A stretch of DNA of 64,000 bases from Paramecium tetraurelia (taxonomy: Eukaryota): positions 1-64,000 of the forward strand of contig CT868680.1 in NCBI GenBank assembly GCA_000165425.1. The letters are read 5' to 3'. The translations under genes and the position numbers were made by a program. The notes under the pieces were generated by a model. That model was not told the DNA's origin. It ran no database searches and saw nothing but the letters and a program-made list of their open reading frames with translations. Of the stretch, positions 30,091-42,386 are shown one piece after another. Positions within the stretch are counted from its first letter, which is position 1. Each line of letters begins with the position of its first letter.

Positions 30091-32434
30091 ATGCCACCCA
30101 AGAAGTAACATCTCAAAACTTAATCCTCAGAGTTATCAAATTAGGCTCTTATGAATTATCTATCAAATCGTGAGGCTTTGCATGCAAGAATGTCTAATTC
30201 TCCAACATTCCAAATAGAATGCAAAGTATCAATTTATCTTTACTTAAGACCAAATAAGTTGGGCTTCACCAATCTAATCTGTTTAAATCCAATGCTTCAC
30301 AACCCAATCTCACAATTACTTAATAGTAGTACTTATGACTATAGATGTAGATAAACCTAGAGGAAAGTGTAACAATAAGATTTACTCAAATCGAAAGGAT
30401 TCATGTCTCCTAAGATTACTAGTTAAGAGAGAGTAAATAACAAAGCACAACCCAAATCTCGGGGTAACCATATGAAGACTCAACCTCATTCTAATCAGAG
30501 TTCCTAAATCAAAATGAAATCAGTCGAGAGCATACAAGATGACTGTAAAGTCTGAATTCTTAATCCTAGCTCCAAAATAAATGTATAAGAATCAGCATTA
30601 CTCACCATCAACCAAAGCAGAATCGCTATTTAAATAGTAAGCATCTGATACAAAACAGAAACATTCATCTGATCTCTTGGCTAGATTAAATTTCTAAACA
30701 TCCTTGACTGTATCTAGTGTTAAGCACAAAACTACTTAGTTTTCTGGAGCATAAATTTACTAACTCCAAAACCACTAAAAATCGAACAGTGCTTAATATA
30801 TTGAGTCACAAAAATTATCTACACAAACTTCCTCATAACCTCGGCTCGAAATTCTTACTGAAAAAATTAAAACCATTACAACCAGGTATGTATTTAAATG
30901 GATTTAGAAAATTTTAATAGGATTTTATTCAGATCATCTTACAATTTAGATCTTTTAAGTAGAAAATGACTATTGATATCTCGACTAATAAAATATCACA
31001 CCTAGTGGAATTAATCAAAGAAGAACTCAATAAAAAATTCGTTGATAATGATTCTCTTTCGATAATTGGAATTAAAACATACAATATTTCTATACCTATT
31101 GATTATATACTTTCTTCAATTGATAGACCCTTGTCTTTACTTTCCAATTGTCCTAATCAACCTTTAATCATAGAACCTATCTTATAAGCAGAATAAGAAA
31201 ATAGATCATCAAGAGTTTGTCTAAAAGATTTCGAATTCATTAGATGTATTGGAATGGGTGGATTCTCTAAAGTATACATGGTAAGGGAAAAGAGATCAGG
31301 CCAGTTTTATGCCATGAAATTAATTGAAAAAAACTCCATTATTTCATAGAACAAACAAATTATCATCCAAAATGAAAGAGACATTATGTGTAATCTGAAT
31401 CACCCCTTTATTGTTAAGATTTAATATGCATTTGAATCAAGAAGATATTTAGTGTTTGTTTTGGAATACTGCTCTGGAGGAGAATTGTTCTTCTTGTTAA
31501 GAAAAGTAATCATTTTCTTTTAATTTATTAGGTGAAGAGGATGAGTGAAGAATAAGCATTCTTTTACTTTGCTGAAATCTGTTTAGGCATGAAACACTTA
31601 CATGACAGAAGCATAATTTATAGAGATATTAAACCTGAGAATATATTAGTAGATTTTGATGGGCATGTTAGAATTGCAGACTTTGGACTCTCAAAACAAT
31701 TAGATTAAGAAATAGCCTATTCATTTTGTGGATCTCCAGAGTACATGGCTCCTGAAATGTTGCTGAAACAAGGACACAACTTACAATTAGATTTGTATTG
31801 TTTAGGAGCATTGCTTTATGAATTGATAACCGGATTACCACCTTTCTATTCCAGAAACACTGATGAAATTTATCAAAGAATTTTAAATTAGAAATTAAGC
31901 TATCCATAGCATGTGTAGATGTCTCCTCTTTTAAAAGAGCTATTGAATGGATTATTAGCTAAGAACCCTAAGAACAGAATCGATAAAATTGAAACTCTAT
32001 TACGACATCCTTGGATGACCTAATGGGGTGATAAATACTTGTACAAAGACCTATTGTCTAAGAAGATAGATCCTCCTTTCAAACCAGATTGTTTCTCCTT
32101 CAACTTTGATGAGGAGGAGTTTGGTTAAGGGGAGGCTGAATTTTTGCAGCAAATGAAAACTCTTTAATAAAACATTATGGAGAACTTTCCTAAAGAAACT
32201 ATCTTAAAAAACTTCTATTACAATCCTAAAGAGATCAACTTAACGGAAAGCACGAGAGGTACTAATTTAAGTACCAAATAATTGGAGGAGTAATCAGGAA
32301 CTCAAAGATAAAAATCAAAAAGGTTCAATACATATGACGATGATATTTCAAATTATGTAAATGAATAAAAAATTTTGCTATTAAATTAGTTAAGATTATA
32401 AACTGAGAGTGAATTAAAGAGGAAATCTGCATGA
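30091..32434 (+). CDS. AGC-group Ser/Thr kinase (Akt/S6K/SGK-like)
   Basis: [61 protein letters not shown] tail. Confidence 0.95.
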
Positions 32435-32529
32435 ATTATTAGTATTTAAATATAATATACAATTTTAGATTAAATTTTATTTTGCCTAATTAATTTAATA
32501 TATTATATATATGTACTAGATGATCATAT

Positions 32530-32972
32530 TCATTATTGTCTTCTTTATCCTCTTCTTGGTTATTTTTATTATTTTTCTTCGACAACTGGCTCATCAATGG
32601 GAATATCAATTTCTAATCCAGCCTTTTCAAGCATTCTTTTGACATCTTAATCTCCTCTAAGGTTATCGATATCAACTGAGGATTTCTCAGGAACATAATC
32701 CAATCTTCTTTCTCTTTCCTCCTCTTGAATCTAAGATTTTTTAGATGTAATATTACTTTGAGGGAGATACCCTTAACAGATCCAGTCTAAATTCTCTTTA
32801 AAAGATGTGTTGCAAATCCAGCGATTTTATTTCTCAATTTTTTTGATGGCACTTATCCCACTTCAGATAGGATTTTTTTGTTAAAGTGAAAATCTGAGGT
32901 GAGTTTCATGTAATATTTTTCGATGAGAACTTTGGCTGCTTTCTTAACTGTCTTATTTCTAACTCTTCCCAT
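32530..32972 (-). CDS. RPS17: 40S ribosomal protein eS17
   Basis: [62 protein letters not shown]. Confidence 0.97.
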
Positions 32973-33044
32973 GATTTAATTTGAAAAAAATTTATATCTT
33001 TAATTTATGAAAATAAATCACAGCAAAACAATAAATACAAGTAG

Positions 33045-34250
33045 ATGTAGGCATTAAAAACAATTACTAAAATTTATATTAAAATACTTAAGAAGACTAA
33101 TTTCCATTTGCAATTGACTTCTAATAATAATTAATATATTATAAATTATGAGTAATATCGTTCAGCACAATACAAGAAATTTGACCTATTGTTTAGAATA
33201 TAAGGATTCCATTTGAACAAACTTCGAATACCATAATTGAATGATAAAGCCAGAGTTTACATTGATTTACAAGAGTTAGGGAATGTCACCTAACAATCAA
33301 CAGCATACTTGAATGAACACGATTAAAAACTTTTTAAAGCAACCTCACTGATATTTAGGCTTGATTTGCTTTCACTTCTGCAAAGGGATCAATATCACAT
33401 TTTAGATATGATAGTACTTACTTCACTTTATTAAAATATCGAGATTAGTTTATAATTATGATTTCATTAGGTAATTAAAAAAACTCATCAATAATTATGT
33501 CAATTTCGACATCACTGGTATGGCTGGCTAGAATATCATGCATAATCTATAAATACATTTTAAACATTATATGTTGCAACATTTTAATAAATAGAGGGTT
33601 CATGTCTGTTAATTGCTTTATCCCAAAGAAGTTCATTTTGGATGAAAGAATTATGGTGGAAGCCTTGCTTGAAATTTGGTGAGAGGCAATATAGCAACCA
33701 CAATATTCAAATAATAATTAGTTCAATAACAAATTAATTAAGAAACTAACTTTGGAACATGATCAAACATAATTATTATAAATTGCTTAAAATAAACGAT
33801 CGTAATCCAAACATATAGCAGTTTAGAAAAACAATTAAATGTCACAGTCATTCTGAAGTGAGTGGTAGATGAATCTATTGCTGAATGATTAAGTTCAAAA
33901 TTAAATACCAAGAGTATCCTGTAAGTTTGATTAAATAAAATTAGTAATTTAATAATATTATTTAGACTCCCAATATTAATTTGGAAATTATTCTCTATTA
34001 GTGATCCTTACTCAATCACTCATGACGGATTTTTAAAGGTATTGGAGAAGTCCTATGGTTAATAAAAATTAAACATTGAAATACAGATAACAAGTAAATA
34101 GAATTAATAGTTCTTAAATTCGATTTTAGGGATGAAAAATACTTATATTTAAAATAGAAAATCATTAATTTTAAATGAACCAACTTAAAGAATAACTTTT
34201 GATGTAGACCTATACGATGATAACTCAGTTACTTAGATTGAAATAGGGAT
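33045..34250 (+). CDS. Possible hypothetical or disrupted gene
   Basis: About 135 open codons from the ATG at 33045. Downstream frames need unverified introns or carry TGA. Confidence 0.3.
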
Positions 34251-34303
34251 TGATAAGGAAAGAAATAATATAATTTAATATATATATTTAAAAAAACGAA
34301 TAT

Positions 34304-35530
34304 ATGATAGTTGTTTTATTAATCAGTGTAGCATTTAGTGCAGAAGTTAAGCTAAAGATGGAATCATCTCCTAAGGATATAAGGAGGATAAATGGGAGAG
34401 CTGAATTTGATTGTATGTGATAATAATTGAATTAGTTACACAGCATAGGAATACGAAGCAACCTGTCAATGTGAGTCTACTACTACATAACTTCACGTTG
34501 GGGAAACATTCTGTGATCCTACTAAGGTTTAATTACATTAAGACTTTGCTGGAGATGATGGGAAAACAGCATCGTTTGAATAAATCCGTAATCTGATAGG
34601 ACCTCTTAACGAATTATAATTTGGAGATCCTAACAGTTATCATTTTTCATGTTTGGATGGAAGAAATGAAAAAGGAGTATTAGGAACTCCAGGGGGTGAT
34701 TTTGGTGAGTTCTTGTTAGCCTTATCAGTGTATGAATAAACAATCCGTACTCCGTTGGCCTAAGATACTGTAGATAGCATTTTTAGCAATTATTTACAGT
34801 ACATGAAACAAGAAGGGTTTTATATGTGCACAGATGATGATGCTCTGAAGCATTTAGAGAAGGAATTAGGAATGACATTGACTGTTGATGCTTTAATTGA
34901 TCCACCAAATTCAGTAACCATTTTTTTATATTTTAGTTTAAAAATGATCTCTTAACCTCCTTGTTAAAATCAGAAAACACTGGCTGCATGCATTTGAAGA
35001 GTATTTTAAAGAACCCTGAAAGTTATGACATGAGACCAGAATTAGCTGGATATTTAATCCGAACTTATTTTACAATATTGTGGAATAAGAGTAACCCTTT
35101 GCATCACAAATTGATACTTGAAGTAATGGCAGGCAGACATGAAGAGAGAGCATTTCTCGAAGTTAGGATCAATGAAGCATGTATAAGATAGAATATGGCA
35201 CCACTTCTGAGACCAAAAAGAAGAATTACTTTGGCAAGTGTTCCTCAAGGGGATACATCAACTACATTTCATGAAGGTGGAACCACTGAAATATTTTAAG
35301 CATATGTTAATCACATTGATGCTGCATCAATTAGAAGAAAAGTATTACTCTTCAAATAAGTATCATAGGAATTATCCAAATTCTTTGCTGAGAATTCTAA
35401 TTTAAATGGAGTTCATTTTGAAATTGATGTTATGCATCATCGGTTAAATAAAAAAGGATTAATGTACCTTGAAATTACTGGATAAAAAGTTGCAAGATAT
35501 TTACCATTTTATACTGTTACAATTGTTTGA
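34304..35530 (+). CDS. Secreted protein with zeta-class (CDCA-like) carbonic anhydrase motifs
   Basis: Signal-peptide-like MIVVLLISVAFSA, then in order SCLDGR, GTPGGDFGEF, FYMCTDD, GCMH, GRHEERAFLEV; 3 tiny introns. Confidence 0.6.
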
Positions 35531-35797
35531 TATTAATTTGAATAAATTATCTATGATATTCTTATTACCACTAATTATTCCCTTATTCGATAGAATTCTT
35601 TATGTTTATACTCGAAATGAATTGAAAAAATAAGTTAAAATTATCTTAAATAGAATCTATTTTATAATTAGAGCAGTTTAGAAATATTCATTAATTTCAA
35701 GAGGGAGTTAAATTGTATGGAAATTTGAGCCAGATTTCTAGATTCAAGCATTTAATTTATTTTTATAGAGTTTAAATTATAATAATTATTTAATAAA

Positions 35798-36632
35798 ATG
35801 GACCATGCACGCATTCTAAGTTTTCTAAACTCTTTACAGAAATAAGCTTGTACTCAATAAATGGATAATGCACAATGTCCCAAGGAATCTTTGAAGAGTT
35901 TATATGAGAAATTCACGAAAGAATATTCATTGCAAAGAGCTAGGGTAAGAAATTATGGGATTATTAATTTAGACCTTGAGTAGAGAAGAGAGGGTGGCCA
36001 ATCATTTGACATCCAATTCTCTTTCGTATGGGGAAATAGTAAGTAAATATGCTTAAAACAAAAGGAATTCACATCTTTATCTGTGGTCTTCCAATAGGTT
36101 TCACCAAAGAAAGGGGGAGTCTTTTATGATTTAGGCAGTGGCATTGGTAAGAGTGTGATTGCTGCATCATTGATGCATTAATTCGATATTTGTAAAGGCA
36201 TTGAATTTTTGCATTCTTTGCATGAGCAAGCTTGCAAACTAAAGTAGGAAGTGGAAAAACAGAAATCTCTAATTGAAGAAGAAATGGAATAAATTGGAAT
36301 TAAAGATTATCATTAACCCAAAATCGAATTTATCAATGGAGATTTCCAAGAGGTATTATTAAATTCACGAAATCAAGTTGGATTGGAGTGATGGCACCTT
36401 CTTGTTTGCTTCAACTACTTGTTTCGAACCAGATCTAATGAACCAATTGAGTAAAAAGGCTGAAGATTTGAAGGAGGGATCTTATTTCATTACTGTTACT
36501 AAAACACTGGAACCCTAGACTTGTTGGGATCTAATCAAGTCTATTTAGGTGTAATTGTCTTGGGGGTTAGCTACAATTCACATTTAGCAAAAGAAAATGA
36601 ATTAGATTTAACAATAATAAAAATAATTATGA
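35798..36632 (+). CDS. DOT1-like class I SAM-dependent methyltransferase
   Basis: LSYGEI, FYDLGSGIGK, CKGIE, FINGDF, LFASTTCF, LKEGSYFIT, SWG; 3 introns. Confidence 0.8.
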
Positions 36633-38351
36633 AATAATCTCATTCCAAAAAGAATCTAACCAGCAGTCTTTACATAGCTAACAATTAACATACAGAACTA
36701 ATCGATTACCTTAAACAAGAAAATAAGCAATTGACTGAGTAGTTGAATGAATTGAAGGGATTGCTCTAATTAAATAAAAAGGCATTGAGAATTATGACAC
36801 CACAACATAATGATGAATAAAATAAAGCTTTATTGATGGTTATGAAAAACTTGTAAGAAGAAAATGCCAAATTGCATAATCAAATTGATAAACTCATAGA
36901 AGAAAGGAACCAAGCATAAAATTAAGTATTAATAAATTAATAAATCACTGAAGAGGCTTAACGACATGAAAAAGAATTAATCTTATCATTATAGAATAAA
37001 ATCTTAACTTTATAAAATAACCTCAATAAAGCTGAATAGTAATTAAGCAAGATGGAATAACTCAAACCTGAATATGATGAAATATCAGGTATTCTCATTA
37101 AATACAAGGAAATTTGTGAACCTGACAAAATCACTATCAAACTTCATAATCAAATAGAAATGCTAAAAGCTGAATTGATAGATTAGCTTAGGAAGAACAA
37201 ACTCATTGAAGCTGAAAAATACAAACTATAAGGATTTAATTTAGTATAATATTGTCACTATTGATTTAGAAACTAATGAGTAATCTAGTTCAAATGAAGA
37301 ATACTGCTATGACATATCATGGGAATAAACTAATTATTCAATAATAACAGACCAATTAAGGAGCTGAATAATTGATTAAATGTAATCATAATATTATTAA
37401 CTTAGTCTAAAATAATTTATTAAATGTGATTAACAAAGAAGAAAATGAAAATTCCTCTGAAAATGACGATCACTCTTCAGTTGGTAGTTCACCCTTGATG
37501 TCACCTCTACCGTTGAAACAGGAGAATTAAGTGGCTAAATAAATGAAGGAAGTTCCTAAATTAGATCTCACAAAGGCAAAATAAATATAGGAGATAAATG
37601 CTATAAGACAGATCTAATAGATGCAGGATATGAAAAAGTAGATAGACCCTAATATTGCTGAAAAAATCAATAAGTATGAGAGAATGCTGGAGGAATTGAG
37701 GAAGAACTATTAAAGAGAAATGTTATTAAATAAAACTCTTGAGACATCAAATAATGAATTGCAAAGAAAATGCGATGATTTCGAAGTATATCAATAGTTA
37801 TACTTTAGAGTTAAATCTAAATACTCATAAATTCAAACTTAAGACATCAAGAGAAATTATAGAAAATCAATAAACAATATTATTTTTTACAACAGTTTTA
37901 CATCAATAACAAAGATTAAGTGACCACAACTCAAAGTCATAATCGAAGATTTTCCTAAAGTCCAACAGAACTTTCACAGGAAATGATCTTGGATACTTCT
38001 TTTATTGATGCAAACGAAGCCATAATATCGAATGAGTTCCAAGAACAAAAATTCATACAACAATAGATGCTACAATAACAATAGTAGCAATAACAAGCTT
38101 AGCAATTCTAATAATAAAACTTCTACTCCCTTTATTCTCCTATTAACATTGAAGATTCCAAAAAGTTTCTGTTGGGTCTTGCTGAATTAATTTATTGTGG
38201 ATTGTAGGAGAAAATAGAATAGATGCAGCCATAATCATAAGAATAATAGGATTGCCAAGAAAAGAAGCAATAGAAATTCAGATCTATTAGTGACATAATC
38301 GATTACCAACACAAAGGACTTTAAAAATATAATTATTTGTAACAATAATGA
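36629..38351 (+). CDS. Long coiled-coil hypothetical protein
   Basis: Heptad-rich Q/E/K/L frame from MKQSHSKKNL with tiny introns; ends YLQQQ-TGA. Confidence 0.75.
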
Positions 38352-38411
38352 TATGTTTATTTCTCTTACAAATAATTATTATATATGATGATTTACATTT
38401 AAATCACTTAA

Positions 38412-39425
38412 TCACTTCTTTCTGTATATTGTAATTTCCTATTATTTGAAGTATCTCCTATCATCTTCATCAACCAAAATCAGATTCAGAATATATTTGA
38501 CACTGAATTTACCACTAACATTTTTGACCGATGGCGTCACATCCACTCCACTTAGATACAATCTTATTGGAATCACTTCTCCCTTCTAAGGACATCCGTC
38601 CATTAATTCGTATTTGACTAGTGTCTCATTGTCTGTTTATTGCTGAGGTCCTTATCCATATTGTTCTTTTCTGATCACTGCCAATTCCATGTATTTGATT
38701 TTGATTTTGACCAAATAGAAATTCACTTTGCCAGTCACTACATCTCTTAAGTGATATCTGCTCTTAAAATACTCAAAATCAATATGCAAACACTCTTCAA
38801 TACCAACCTATTTTGTCAATGTCAATTTGTACTTCCAACTTCAATGAAGTTTATGGTTATTCCTCCAATTCTGGTTGTGGAATCAAAACAGCAAAGTCCA
38901 CTTCCTTCTACACTTTGCCATAACTTCTGACCATATACACTTTCAAATAATATCTTAATCTCACTGTGTTTCCATAATAACTTTCGTATTGTTTCTCAAA
39001 CTTCTAAAATTAAAATTTATATGTTTTGTCCTCAAACAAAAACCCTTATGGTTCTAATTCTCGAGACATTGACATGAAATCCGAACTTTATTTTTGATCA
39101 TTGAGAATTTCTTTTATTCATAGATATATAAATACTTACCTATGCGTCCAATCAACTCAACTCGAATTCCTAGATGCTCTATTTTTTTTTGCTTGTTCAT
39201 CCTTACTTCGATTACTCCTGATATATCATCATCTCCCTAATTAATAAAATTTATTCAATATCAAATACAGAATAGACGGGTAACTTCAAAGCTCCCAATT
39301 GTTTATCCTGAAATCTTGTGTTCTTGCGTGTCTCTATGCCATCCAATGTCACATCAATTATGGGTTGCCCTTAAACCATATTTAGAAGAGAAGCCTAAAA
39401 TATGTGGAATTGAAATCCTTACCAT
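38412..39425 (-). CDS. VPS26: Retromer subunit VPS26
   Basis: [74 protein letters not shown]. Confidence 0.96.
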
Positions 39426-39482
39426 TATATGCTAATTATTTAATTATATAAATTATTAAACTATAATCACTAATTCTAATCA

Positions 39483-39918
39483 TCACCAAGTATCTTTGAA
39501 ATCTATCACATCATCTAATACCCATTAATCTTGTTCTTTGATATAGGGATTATCATCGTTTTATAAATATACTAAATTTAAATCAAACAATTCATATTTC
39601 ATCATAGATTTTCTCAAAATAGTCATTAGATCCATGTTGTAATAATCAATTTTAACTTATTATTATTAAATATTACTTCTAACATCCTAATATATCCTTG
39701 AATTTCTCTAAAATTGTTATTTTGTAGATATCACAATTTTGATATTGAAGCTCTAATTAATGTCTAAGAGAAAATGATCCTAATAAGGATTTAACTATAT
39801 ATTAAATACCTTATAATAACTCATTAAAATTGTCTATATGACAGAAAATGTATATAATTTGATTTCAGATTTTGAGAATTTGTTAATATGTATAAATTGT
39901 ATTTAATTTAATATCCAT
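39483..39918 (-). CDS. Possible small hypothetical protein
   Basis: C-terminal frame MDLMTILRKSMMKYELFDL..DVIDFKDTW-TGA; 5' exons inferred. Confidence 0.35.
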
Positions 39919-40205
39919 CAAATAATCAATTGTAAAAATCATGTAATTTAAATATATAAAGTAAAGTTCATCATTTTTTTCTTTAGTTCTACGATATAAT
40001 TGCAAAGTTAAGATATTATTCATTAATCATGATATCCAATTAATTCTATTTGTTTTTAAGTAAAGTATAATATTTGCATTCTAAATTATAATCAAATAGC
40101 AATAATTAAATAGATTTTAAATGATGAAACCACAGATAGATTTGAAATTTTGATTTGAAAACACCTATAATTAGGGTGATTTTATAAAAAATATTTTCAA
40201 ATATA

Positions 40206-41247
40206 ATGAATAAATAACATATTCCAGCGAAAGCATAAGAAAAAATATTTGCTTTGATCCTGAAACGACCAGAGAATTTAGTGTGTGCTGATTGTCTCAC
40301 AAAAGGTCCTACATGGGTTAGTTTGGATTATGGTGTATTTATTTGTATGGATTGTGCAGGTAGATTAGTTATTGTTATTTGATAGGTGCTCACAGAACTT
40401 TGGGTCCCAGTGTTACGCGAGTAAGATCAACAAATATAGATGGGTGGTATTAAGAAAACATTGATATTATGGAATCTATTGGAAATGCAACAGCAAACTC
40501 CTATTGGGAAAATACAAAGCCTAAGGATTATGTGTAATATTAATTTTAATTTAGCAAACCAACAATTAATACAGGCTTGGATTCTTTAATTCGATTTGTC
40601 TAAGAAAAATATGTCAAGAAGAGATTTATACCACAGTAATAATGTCTTGATCCAAAATAATAATATATGCTAACTAAAACGTATTCAAAATTTAGTAACC
40701 ACTTAGTGCTGTTAAACCTTTCTACTTTAGAGCAGAAACCAAATAAGAAGAACCAAAAGTGAAATTAGGTGATTTGATTGATTTAAACGAGTAATTCGAC
40801 AATTTTGGTTCTTAAGACATTAAAATGGAAATAGTCCATGGTAATAACACTTAGTATGGAACTACTCATTCTTTATCACCAGAAAAGGACAATACAGATT
40901 TTAATCAAACCAAATAACAAGCTAATCATGTAATGCACTCATTGCCATCTCTAGATATACTGAATCTCTATAAGCCAGATTAATAATAGAAATAATAAAT
41001 GCCATCATAACAAACCATTCCTTAAAAGAATGCTAATTATGCTTACTTACAAAATTTAGGATAGCAATAATAATACAATTATCAGTAATACTAAAATAAT
41101 AATACTTATTTCAATTAGCAGTAGTAACAATAATAATAATAATAATTCTAACAAAACCTATTTCTATAACAATAAACCAATCACACATAATAATAATAAT
41201 ATAAATAAAATGGACCCATCAACATTATGGAATTGTATTAAAGATGA
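40206..41247 (+). CDS. ArfGAP with Gln-rich tail (SMAP/AGFG-like)
   Basis: CADC..GPTWVSLDYGVFICMDCAGAHRTLG..RVRS; FVQEKYVKKRF. Confidence 0.95.
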
Positions 41248-41574
41248 AATTATACAAAAAAACACAATTAATTAAACAAAACAATATAATTTTATCTTAA
41301 TATTCATAGCACATTTATAAATTATCCATTTCACAACATCCCAATAATTATTTTATCATAAATATCACTTATTTTTTAATTCTCATTATCATTTACAATT
41401 TCTTAAACATCCATATATTTTCAGTTGATTTCATCAACAAGAACATCATGATTGATATCTGTTGTAGAAGGTCAACTATAATGTGGTTGTAATTATAAGT
41501 CTAGTTTCAGTGTTTTTCTCTATGCTATTCAAAATTTAATAGTAAATACACAAAATTTATAAAATCTAGTTTTT

Positions 41575-42338
41575 ATGAGTTTTGAACCTTATTAAGAAAC
41601 GAAGAAGAATGTGAAAGTTGCACCTATAAAAATAGTGTAAAACTAAAATGAGATGAATGTCTCTTAAAATCAGATGGCAACATATCCTCAACTTAATTTA
41701 TAATTCCCATTTCATAATAGATGCACAAATTATAAATAATTCACTCCTGCTGTTACGATTCCATTAAGCTTTTTACAATAACTCATTTAATAGGCGTAAT
41801 CGAATAAGATATTAAATCAATTGATTGAACCAAAAATACCATTTGTAAAACAAGAATAATCAGAAGCTGTTAATAACCTCATTACATAAATATAATATTA
41901 AAAATTAGAAAATATTAAACAGCAAGATGGTAATGCCTATGCTTATAATTAGAAGATACGCAAATTAAAATGTATTTGATAAAAAGTTAAATGAAATTTA
42001 TAATTGAAGATTTTGTATCCAAGGAGAGAGTGCAACTTTATTTTGCTGACAATGAAAACTTATTACCTCATTTCTGGAAGTGGATTAAATCCATTGAATT
42101 AAAAGGCTAAGAGGAGATGCTAATTTTGTGTTACACAAACCCTTCAAACACTAGGAAGATTTAAGATATTTTTAAATAATTATTTCAAACATTATCAATC
42201 GAGTTTTACTAAAACCATGCTTATGCTCAAATTCTGAGATCCAATCTCTAAGATAAAATTAGATACTTATCGGCAATAGGAGATATCTTAAATAAAATCA
42301 TCAAGCCATAAGATTATTTCTATTTTAATAATGCATGA
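41575..42338 (+). CDS. Hypothetical protein
   Basis: ORF from MSFEPYQETKK through NHAYAQILRSNL to FNNA-TGA. Confidence 0.65.
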
Positions 42339-42386
42339 TAAATAAGGAATTTTGTTATCATATTAGAAATATAAAATACACTCATA

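Noticed and set aside
41040..41210. (TAA)n / (CAA)n microsatellite-like tracts, also at 8715-8745, 25590-25690 and 38050-38120
   Set aside because: These are poly-Gln coding sequence in the ciliate code, not independent repeats or CRISPR-like arrays.
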